From a virus (lineage: Duplodnaviria; Caudoviricetes), in the IMG/VR virus record IMGVR_UViG_3300027828_000046, positions 1-44,468 of that record: a stretch of 44,468 nucleotides of DNA. One strand, written 5' to 3'. Under the pieces are notes generated by a model. That model made no database searches. It saw only the letters and a list, made by a program, of their open reading frames with translations, and was not told the DNA's origin. Position numbers and translations under genes: made by a program. The stretch's first letter is position 1; the number at the start of each line of letters is the position of its first letter. Below, one piece after another: positions 26,827 through 34,367 of the stretch.

Positions 26827-27020
26827 TTTTCATTTCTATAAGATTCTGTTTTTCTATATTCACTCATAATTTTATCACTTCTTAAACAATATCTTACAAA
26901 TGAACTTAAATTAAATAATGAACCATTAATTTTTTCTAATCTTGCATTTTCTTCTTCAATTATTTTAAAATCTTTTTCATATAATGTAGAAGAGGTTTTT
27001 CTTGCTATTTTAATTACCAT
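26823..27020 (-). CDS. Ribbon-helix-helix-like regulator
   Basis: RKTSSTLY strand, a helix, then NLSSFVRYCL helix; leaderless start after a TATA box. Confidence 0.65.
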   Translation of the reverse strand: MVIKIARKTSSTLYEKDFKIIEEENARLEKINGSLFNLSSFVRYCLRSDKIMSEYRKTESYRNEK

Positions 27021-27056
27021 AAGTATATATGTTTATACATATTTATAAACCTTTCT
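27018..27056 (-). promoter_or_regulatory. Leftward archaeal promoter, leaderless
   Basis: Minus strand gaaaggTTTATAAAtatgtataaacatatatacttATG. Confidence 0.8.
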
Positions 27057-27540
27057 AAAATACCAACCTTTTTTAGTAAGTGAGGTTGGTTGAAAGGTTG
27101 GTAAGTTCCTAAGTGTCTAAATTTGGATAGTATGACCGACCTTACCAACCTAACCAACTAATATTAAGTTTATATAAGATAAATAATATATATTTATTTA
27201 GAGTTTTTGCTACTTTATAGTAATTATTTTTTTTATAATATATTTTATATATATGTAAACTGGATATAAGTCGGTTAGGTTGGTAAGGTTGACCAAGTAC
27301 TCAAATTTCAGCTCCACAAGCTCCTGAAAAATACCAACCTTAAAAGCCAAGTTGGTAGAGGTTGGTTAACTACACAATGAAACACAATTCTTTTATAAAT
27401 ACCCAAAGTAGGGCAATTTTTGGAAAAAATGAAAAATTTCGCTACCATGAGTGACGAAAAAACTACCAAAAAAAACTACCAAAAACTCTTAAACTAGTTG
27501 GTAGGTCGGTCATAGTATCCAAATTTGGACTCTCTTTATA
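27057..27540. other. Probable replication origin (iterons, nested inverted repeats, AT-rich core)
   Basis: Longest non-coding tract, at the strand switch; about 10 TACCAACC/GGTTGGTA-like sites; IRs 27115-27149/27497-27530 and 27139-27158/27270-27289; AT-rich 27159-27269. Confidence 0.7.
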
Positions 27541-27557
27541 AATAAATGAACATAAAA

Positions 27558-27590
27558 GAAAGGTTTATAAATATACAAATATATATCATG
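27558..27590 (+). promoter_or_regulatory. Rightward archaeal promoter of the replication block
   Basis: gaaaggTTTATAAAtatac, mirror of the leftward promoter. Confidence 0.75.
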
Positions 27591-27624
27591 TTTAACAACT
27601 AGAAGTTGTGATTTTGTGATAAAA

Positions 27625-27936
27625 ATGGATAAAGAAAAAGAAAACGAGATTTCAGAAATCGAATTAATTAAAGATATGAATGAAGGTTTTAAGAAAGCTC
27701 AAAAATTATTTAAAGAGCAAATTCATCCAATGTTTGATAATGTGAATTTGGGAACAAGTATTATAATGATTCAATTTTTCAAAGCTGTATTAAATGATAA
27801 ATTAGATGATATTTACAGACATTCTGGAGATTATGTACCAGAAGAAAAACAAGAAGCTTTTAAAGATTTTATGGAAAGTACTATAAAAACAATTGATGAA
27901 GTTATTGAAGAAATGAAAAAACAAGAAGATGAATAA
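27625..27936 (+). CDS. Hypothetical helical protein
   Basis: gtgataaaaATG context; first gene after the promoter. Confidence 0.75.
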   Translation: MDKEKENEISEIELIKDMNEGFKKAQKLFKEQIHPMFDNVNLGTSIIMIQFFKAVLNDKLDDIYRHSGDYVPEEKQEAFKDFMESTIKTIDEVIEEMKKQEDE

Positions 27937-28132
27937 AACAAAAATTTATGATTCAAAAACTAGAGAACTTGTTGCTGAAAAAAAAGATGGCAAATGGGTA
28001 TGGGCTAAAGATATAAAAGAACATGATGATTTACATCTTCATATTGACGATTGGTCTATTTTATTAAAAGAAGCAGATGAAGCTATTAATATGTTAAAAA
28101 CAAAGAAAAATGAGTCAACCAAATCAAAATAA
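27929..28132 (+). CDS. Hypothetical protein
   Basis: Overlapping operon ORF. Confidence 0.7.
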   Translation: MNKTKIYDSKTRELVAEKKDGKWVWAKDIKEHDDLHLHIDDWSILLKEADEAINMLKTKKNESTKSK

Positions 28133-29060
28133 AAAAGAAGGACTTGATTTAAATTTCAAGTTATATACAGGTATGGAAGAAAAAAATCCATTGGATTTAT
28201 TCTATACATCTAAAGAACAAAGACAAAAGCTGGAAAATATTGTAACTCAAATGAGTAATTCAATGGCTTTCAGAATGTTTGGTGTTGCACCAAATCAAAG
28301 TTATTTATTAACTGGTCCACCTGGAACAGGAAAAACATATTCAGTTGAATTGATTGCCAAAGAATTGGCATCCAGAAAAACTGAGGGTGTTGCTGTTTTA
28401 AGATATGATATAGGTCAACAAGGTTCCAGATATATAAATCAAAATGCTGTAAATATGCAATCCTTTTTTGATGCTGGTCAAAAATTAATTGGTCAAAATA
28501 AAATGGGAAGAACTATAAATCACATATTTTATTTCTTTGATGAAGCTGATGCTTTAGTTGGTTCTCGTGGAGAATATGGAAATAAAGAAGATGATAAGGT
28601 TCTTGAAACTATGATGAAAAATTTACAATATATTGATGATAGAGGTGATAATGAATATGTATTTATGACAACAAATCACCCACAATTATTTGATAAAGCT
28701 GTTTTAAGAAGTGGTAGAATTAACGAAAAGTTACAATTTGATTTACCAAATCAAGAAGCAAGAGAGGCTTTATTCAGAGGGCATATATCAAATCATAATA
28801 TGTTACTAGGATATAATTTATTTTATAGACCACAAGTAAATAAATATGTTACAATGACTGAAGGATTTAATTGTGCTGATATTAAAAGAACTGTTGAAGA
28901 TTCAATAAGAAATAGATTACTTGAGGAATATAACAAACCTGAGGCAAAACAAGGAGAAGTTATTGAAGCATATAAAGTTCATAATAAAAATATATTAGAT
29001 GTAATTGTTAAGATTAAAAAAGAAAAAGACCCACAAAAAAAAAGGATGGGATTTATCTAA
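28110..29060 (+). CDS. Classical-clade AAA+ ATPase (Cdc48/PAN/FtsH-like single module)
   Basis: Walker A GPPGTGKT, Walker B FFDEAD, second region of homology TTNHPQLFDKAVLRSGR, LPNQEAR, TEGFNCADI. Confidence 0.92.
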   Translation: MSQPNQNKKEGLDLNFKLYTGMEEKNPLDLFYTSKEQRQKLENIVTQMSNSMAFRMFGVAPNQSYLLTGPPGTGKTYSVELIAKELASRKTEGVAVLRYDIGQQGSRYINQNAVNMQSFFDAGQKLIGQNKMGRTINHIFYFFDEADALVGSRGEYGNKEDDKVLETMMKNLQYIDDRGDNEYVFMTTNHPQLFDKAVLRSGRINEKLQFDLPNQEAREALFRGHISNHNMLLGYNLFYRPQVNKYVTMTEGFNCADIKRTVEDSIRNRLLEEYNKPEAKQGEVIEAYKVHNKNILDVIVKIKKEKDPQKKRMGFI

Positions 29061-29062
29061 AA

Positions 29063-29329
29063 ATGTTAACAATAGAAAAATTAAAAGAACTATCACCAAA
29101 TCAAATATTTGCATCTGGTGAGATAAAAGATGACAGAATCCATCTAAATTATAAATTAAAATGGACAGCTGTAAGAGGTCATGGATTTCATGATTGGGCA
29201 ATATATTATCATCATGCCCATATGTCTGAAGAATATATAAAAGATAATGGACATAAAATTAACAATAAAGATGTTATCAAGGAATTAGTTCCTTGTGATG
29301 ACGAAGCTTTTGGATTGTATAGGTACTAA
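29063..29329 (+). CDS. Hypothetical protein
   Basis: Coupled ORF with a His/Trp-rich WTAVRGHGFHDWAIY motif. Confidence 0.8.
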   Translation: MLTIEKLKELSPNQIFASGEIKDDRIHLNYKLKWTAVRGHGFHDWAIYYHHAHMSEEYIKDNGHKINNKDVIKELVPCDDEAFGLYRY

Positions 29330-29331
29330 AA

Positions 29332-29517
29332 ATGGTAATAGTAATATATACAGAATATGAAAGAGGTTGGGGTTCTAAAGATTTTCATGAAAAAGAATTC
29401 AAAACATTAAAAGAAGCTAAAGCAGAAGTGGAAAAAGTTCTTGAAGAAAATTCTGGTGAAGAAGAAGTTCCAGATTATTATATTAGAGCAAGAATAAAAG
29501 AAGAAAATGGAAATTGA
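29332..29517 (+). CDS. Hypothetical protein
   Basis: EYERGWGSKD...VPDYY motif; coupled ORF. Confidence 0.75.
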   Translation: MVIVIYTEYERGWGSKDFHEKEFKTLKEAKAEVEKVLEENSGEEEVPDYYIRARIKEENGN

Positions 29518-29782
29518 TTTAGAAAATATATTAAAAGAATCACAAGTGGAAATTTTAAAAAGAAATTTCTTATTAGTAGACCAATTAAAAAAATTGCAAG
29601 AACAAAATGTTTTATATGGATTAGTTAATGAATATGATGAATTTAAAGAATTGAAAAAAACTTATCTAATAATTGATTTTGAAAAACAAATGCCAGAATC
29701 AAGACCAGAATATTTTGCAAAATTAGTAAGTTCTGCAAAAAGTTTGTATAATAAACAACCATATAATATTAAGGTGATTTAA
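29507..29782 (+). CDS. Hypothetical protein
   Basis: Coupled ORF. Confidence 0.7.
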   Translation: MEIDLENILKESQVEILKRNFLLVDQLKKLQEQNVLYGLVNEYDEFKELKKTYLIIDFEKQMPESRPEYFAKLVSSAKSLYNKQPYNIKVI

Positions 29783-30208
29783 ATGGCAGATTTTAGACAA
29801 GCATGTATTTGGAAATTTGAACATGATGAAAATGACATCAGATGTAATAATGGTAGATATAAATTAGAAGGAACAAAACATGACATAAGAATATATGATT
29901 TAAAACATTCTAAATTTATTACATTAACTGTTGGATTTGTTGCTCTTGTTGATGATTGGGGAATTCATAAAAAAGATTGGAATTTGATGGATAATAAAAC
30001 TAGTTATAATAAATGGAATTTAGAATCTCTTGAAAGATTAAAAACAGAATTGGAAGAATCTGAAAATGAATTATTTAATAATTTGGAAAAATTTGAAATA
30101 CCAGATAATAAATATAGAATAGAAATTAGAAAAAACGATTATAGTAATTTAATTAATAAATTAAATAAAAATAGAGATAAAATATTTGGATTTAAAAATG
30201 GGAATTAA
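29783..30208 (+). CDS. Hypothetical protein
   Basis: aggtgatttaaATG RBS. Confidence 0.75.
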   Translation: MADFRQACIWKFEHDENDIRCNNGRYKLEGTKHDIRIYDLKHSKFITLTVGFVALVDDWGIHKKDWNLMDNKTSYNKWNLESLERLKTELEESENELFNNLEKFEIPDNKYRIEIRKNDYSNLINKLNKNRDKIFGFKNGN

Positions 30209-30500
30209 TATAAAAAATTTGACTGATAGTGATAAAGGAAGACGTGTTGTTTATACTGATGGATGTGGAGATAAAGAATATGGAAAAATATCTTCTCACA
30301 ATGATACTTTTATTCATGTATTGTATGATGGGAAAAATAACACACAAGCAACAAGTCCAAAAGATTTGGATTTTGTTGAATATCCCGGTTTTGATGTGGA
30401 AGATGAAAATGAAAAAATTAATGTTGTTGATGAAAAAGGAGAATTTAATTGGGAAGAAGAATTTGAAGAAGAATTTGAAGAAGAATTTGAAGAAGAATGA
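30198..30500 (+). CDS. SH3-like small protein with acidic (EEEF)n tail
   Basis: GRRVVY...EYGKISS.NDTFIHVLYD...ATSPKDL; 12-bp tandem repeat gaagaagaattt at about 30453-30497. Confidence 0.75.
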   Translation: MGINIKNLTDSDKGRRVVYTDGCGDKEYGKISSHNDTFIHVLYDGKNNTQATSPKDLDFVEYPGFDVEDENEKINVVDEKGEFNWEEEFEEEFEEEFEEE

Positions 30501-30676
30501 GTTTTGTAAAATATGAATTAAACTCAATGTATAGAATACAAACTAAAAATAATAATCAATTATATACTGGTTTCATTGTTGAACAAGATGAAACACATAT
30601 AAAAGTAAAAACTATTAAATCTGAAGAAGTTATTCTTCTTAGAGAGGATATATTGAAAGCCAAAAAATGGACATAA
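30497..30676 (+). CDS. Sm/LSm-like small beta-barrel protein (59 aa), not in the ORF track
   Basis: YRIQTKNNNQLYTGFIVEQDETHIKVKTIKSEEVILLREDI; ATGA overlap. Confidence 0.55.
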   Translation: MSFVKYELNSMYRIQTKNNNQLYTGFIVEQDETHIKVKTIKSEEVILLREDILKAKKWT

Positions 30677-33057
30677 AATCAACATTAGAAAAATTATTTG
30701 AATATTTATGTTTAAGATATGAAGACTCATATATTGGAATTCAAGGTTGGACAGATAAAGTTGAAGGTTCTGAATCTCAATTTGTAGTTGCAAAATTTGA
30801 AAATTTTAATGAATTTAAAAAAAAAGTAGAATATGTTAATATTAAAAAAAAGTTGGCTGTAGGTTTTTGTATTAATCCATTAAAAGAACCAAAAAGAAAA
30901 AATGAAACAGTTAAACAAATTCAACATATTTTAATAGATTTAGATGGAGAAAATATTTTTAAAGATTATGAAGCAATTAAATCTTTTTTAACAGCTAATA
31001 ATATTAAATCAAAATATGAAGATAAATCTGGAAATGGTTACCATTTTTTAATTCCTGTAAAACTAGAATTAGATAAAGCAAATCTAGTTGAAAAGTTTTT
31101 GGAATATATGAAATCAGAAACAAAAATAAATTCAATAGATACTAAAGTTAAATTATTAACTCAAATATTAAGAATTCCAGAATCAATTCATAGAAAAACT
31201 GGAACAGATATTAAACTTGAAACTCTTGAATGGAATCATATCACACATTCTGAAATTGATGACAATAATAAATCAATAATGGAAATAATTTCTAAAGCAC
31301 ATTTTAAAAGTTTATTAGATTCAGAAAATCAAGTAATTCAACAAAATGAAATGAAAAAAAATCAAGGAGATTATTTTTTCTCAAAACTTTTAAGTTCTGC
31401 TAAACTTAGAAAACAATTAGCAAAAACTGAAAATATTGGAAAGAATGATTCTTTATTTAAAAATTTAGCAATCTTTGTATATAAAAATCCAAAACATGCA
31501 AAAAATGCTAATAATTTTATTGCTGAATGTGGTCATTCAAAATCTGAATTTGCTGGATGGTTAAAAAAGGCTGGTGGTGGAAAAATCACTAAAATAAATT
31601 ATATTGAATTATTTAATTGGGTTGAAACAAATAAATTAGATTTCTTAAAAAAAATAATTGATGAACAAATTCATATTGAAGGAAATTTTATAAATAATTT
31701 TGAGATTTGTTTTATGAAAAATACAAGACATTCACAAAGATATTTAAATTATGATAAATTAAAATGTTCAATTATGGTTTCAACAGAAACTGATATGTAT
31801 AAAGCCATTTTAATTGAAGCAAATATGACTGGATTTAATTTTATAGATTATTACAATATTTATATTTATGATAAGGATGGAGGAGAAATCACAGAAATCC
31901 AAAAAGAAAATAAAATAATAAATAATTTAAGAAAAACAATTAAGAAATATAAATTAATGAGACCAGTTTTTGATTTTGGATATAAACCTTCAAATGAAAG
32001 ATATTTTATTTTTGATAATGAAACTTATTTAAATACTTATAAACCTGGACCTCTTGAAGATTATTGGGAAGAGAAAAAAATATTTAATTTTCCATACATC
32101 AAAGCTTTAATAATGAATTTAGTTGATAGTGATGAAATTGCTTATAATTATATTTGTAAATGGTTATCATTTATTTTACAAAACCCATTAATGAAATTAC
32201 CTACAAGTATTATTTTTATGGGAACACAAGGAATTGGAAAAGGTAGATTTAGAGATTGGATTCTCCCAGGAATTTGGGGGGAAAAAAATGTAAAACAAAT
32301 TAATGAAAAAAATCTGGAAAAAGAATGGGGTGATTTTTTAATTTCTAAAAGATTTATTGTGGCTAATGAAATTAAAGTTCAAGGAAAATCCAAAGAACAA
32401 ATTAGAAAAAAAATTAAAGAATATTCAACAGACCAAAGAGTTTCAATCCAATTAAAGGGGAGGGATGACATGGACATAATGAACTATTCACACTGGTTAT
32501 TTTTCTCAGACCAAGATGTACCATTTGAAATTGAATCAAATGATAGAAGACATAGTGTTTTTAATTGTGATAATCCATTACCAAATGAAATTGCTGAAAC
32601 ATTGAGCCCAGAATTAAATCCAGGTTATTTAGAAAAAGAATTAAAAGATTTTGTATTATATTTGAAAAATATTAATGTTGAATTTGATGAAGTTAGAAAA
32701 GTATTTAATAATGAAGCAAAACAAAAATTAATTGAAATTTCAAAAGATTCTGTTGTGCAATTTTTTGAAGAATTAAGAAATTTTGGTTCTATTAAAAATT
32801 TTGCAAAAGGTTTTGAACATCATTTTGCAATAGAATCAGCAAATAAAAAATTTACTGAATATATTTTAGTTAGAGATTTATATTCTTTATATGACCATTG
32901 GTGTAAAAAAAATATGAACTTTTATCCAAAATCTAATATAAGTTTTGCCATGACAATTTCAAAAACATTAAAAATAAATTCAACAAGAATGTCTAATATA
33001 GAAAATAATCAAAGATTTTATAATATTGAAGAAATATTCAAAGAGGGAGAAGAATGA
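30667..33057 (+). CDS. Primase-helicase (AEP-type primase + SF3/D5-like helicase)
   Basis: ILIDLD, SGNGYH, ILRIPES primase motifs; GTQGIGKG Walker A, IVANE, NDRRH; C-terminal wHTH-like LYSLYDHWC. Confidence 0.88.
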   Translation: MDIKSTLEKLFEYLCLRYEDSYIGIQGWTDKVEGSESQFVVAKFENFNEFKKKVEYVNIKKKLAVGFCINPLKEPKRKNETVKQIQHILIDLDGENIFKDYEAIKSFLTANNIKSKYEDKSGNGYHFLIPVKLELDKANLVEKFLEYMKSETKINSIDTKVKLLTQILRIPESIHRKTGTDIKLETLEWNHITHSEIDDNNKSIMEIISKAHFKSLLDSENQVIQQNEMKKNQGDYFFSKLLSSAKLRKQLAKTENIGKNDSLFKNLAIFVYKNPKHAKNANNFIAECGHSKSEFAGWLKKAGGGKITKINYIELFNWVETNKLDFLKKIIDEQIHIEGNFINNFEICFMKNTRHSQRYLNYDKLKCSIMVSTETDMYKAILIEANMTGFNFIDYYNIYIYDKDGGEITEIQKENKIINNLRKTIKKYKLMRPVFDFGYKPSNERYFIFDNETYLNTYKPGPLEDYWEEKKIFNFPYIKALIMNLVDSDEIAYNYICKWLSFILQNPLMKLPTSIIFMGTQGIGKGRFRDWILPGIWGEKNVKQINEKNLEKEWGDFLISKRFIVANEIKVQGKSKEQIRKKIKEYSTDQRVSIQLKGRDDMDIMNYSHWLFFSDQDVPFEIESNDRRHSVFNCDNPLPNEIAETLSPELNPGYLEKELKDFVLYLKNINVEFDEVRKVFNNEAKQKLIEISKDSVVQFFEELRNFGSIKNFAKGFEHHFAIESANKKFTEYILVRDLYSLYDHWCKKNMNFYPKSNISFAMTISKTLKINSTRMSNIENNQRFYNIEEIFKEGEE

Positions 33058-33203
33058 AATTAAATTGTTTTTTATTTGGACATAAATTTTTGAAATTTGA
33101 TGATATTATAATGTGTCAAAAATGTGGTGAAATGATTGTAACACCATCTGATGATGAAATCAAAAATATTGAAAATGACCATAAAAGTGACATTTTTCAA
33201 TAG
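33054..33203 (+). CDS. Small Zn-binding protein (CxLFGH...CxxC, DUF1660-like), not in the ORF track
   Basis: MKLNCFLFGHKF...MCQKCGE. Confidence 0.7.
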   Translation: MKLNCFLFGHKFLKFDDIIMCQKCGEMIVTPSDDEIKNIENDHKSDIFQ

Positions 33204-33240
33204 ATAAGTTTATAAATATGGAAGTACTTAAATATATATG
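33201..33240 (+). promoter_or_regulatory. Promoter of the TTTATAAATATRGAAGTA class
   Basis: tttataaatatggaagtacttaaatatatat, nearly identical to 40164-40194. Confidence 0.8.
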
Positions 33241-33343
33241 ATTTGTTGGGAATTGTGTTATAATTTAACTAGGCATCGTTAAATTTTTCACTACTACAAA
33301 CACTACAATATGTAATCTCAACAAATCAATAAATGATAAAAAA

Positions 33344-33913
33344 ATGACTGAAGAAAATAAGTTTGAAAAAGCTGCTGCTGAAGTAGCAAAAAAAGAAGTT
33401 GTGCAAGACACAACAAAACCGATTATTAATTCTGTAAGAAAACAAATTGATGAAACAACTGTTTCAGATACAAGTTGGGTTAAATTTCCATCTGCTGAAC
33501 ATGTTGGGGAATCAACACCAGAATTACAAATTTCTGAATATTATCAAGAAGGTCCTTGTAAAGAAAATAATTTTTTAAAGGCTAAAAATAAAAATACTGG
33601 AGAAGAATTTTATTTAGGTTTAGATAGAAAAAACGAAACTGATGAAGGTGACCAATTTGTAATTGAAGGAACTGTTGAAGGAACAAAATCTACAATGAGA
33701 TTAAATTCATGGGAACAAGTTTTTAAAATGTCTAAATTAGTTAGATATTGTAAAGAAATGAATTTCACACTAGCAAACCAAATTATAAGTTTTAAAAGGG
33801 TTAAATTTGGACAAAAAAATGCTGGAAAAAATTGGGAACTTTTAGTACCTAGTTTAAAAATTAAAATTGTTGGAGCCGAAGACGGAAAAGATAATACTAT
33901 TGAGAAATTATAA
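33344..33913 (+). CDS. Hypothetical protein, possibly ssDNA-binding (OB-like)
   Basis: Own promoter inside the replication block; beta-rich; function is a guess from context. Confidence 0.5.
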   Translation: MTEENKFEKAAAEVAKKEVVQDTTKPIINSVRKQIDETTVSDTSWVKFPSAEHVGESTPELQISEYYQEGPCKENNFLKAKNKNTGEEFYLGLDRKNETDEGDQFVIEGTVEGTKSTMRLNSWEQVFKMSKLVRYCKEMNFTLANQIISFKRVKFGQKNAGKNWELLVPSLKIKIVGAEDGKDNTIEKL

Positions 33914-34013
33914 TTTCTCTTTTAATGTAAAGCAAAAATTAGGTTAGTTTGCTTTACAAATACATCATTTTTGTTTTAAAATACGATAGATAATAATAGA
34001 TTAAGCAATTTCG

Positions 34014-34044
34014 GGGATTAATATCACCCTTATTAATCCCTTTT
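34014..34044 (+). terminator. Hairpin followed by T-run
   Basis: gggattaata-tcaccct-tattaatccc-tttt, a perfect 10-bp stem. Confidence 0.45.
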
Positions 34045-34118
34045 ATGATTGATAAATACCTTAATGATGGGTTACTGTGGGTTAAAATCCCACTATCAAT
34101 CTTTTAACAAAAAAACAA

Positions 34119-34367
34119 ATGGAAAATTTAGAAAAAATAATAACAACAAAAGATGAATTAAAACAATATAAAAAGGAATTTGAAGAATATTTTAGTAAAG
34201 AAAGTAAATTTATATATGTTCAAGATAGTGGATTATTATTTAAAGATAATAAACCAACATTATATTATAAACAATTACCACAAGCTTGGTCTGAACAATT
34301 AAATGTAATTAAGATTCCAACACAATCTAGTTATCAAGTTGTAGCGAAAATTTTATATAAGAAATGA
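34119..34367 (+). CDS. Hypothetical protein
   Basis: ATGA-coupled to the helicase gene. Confidence 0.75.
   Translation: MENLEKIITTKDELKQYKKEFEEYFSKESKFIYVQDSGLLFKDNKPTLYYKQLPQAWSEQLNVIKIPTQSSYQVVAKILYKK

Noticed and set aside
27115-27530. MITE or IS element defined by the 34-bp inverted repeats
   Set aside because: No target-site duplication or transposase seen, and the same motif recurs inside and outside the arms; an origin fits better
27057-27540. CRISPR or mini-CRISPR array
   Set aside because: Repeats are short, in both orientations and irregularly spaced, with no constant repeat-spacer period
30453-30497. 12-bp tandem repeat gaagaagaattt
   Set aside because: Simply encodes an acidic EEEF tail; no sign of another role
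34047-34101. Canonical tRNA gene
   Set aside because: Only about 55 nt, no D arm and no proper anticodon loop; kept only as a tRNA-like element
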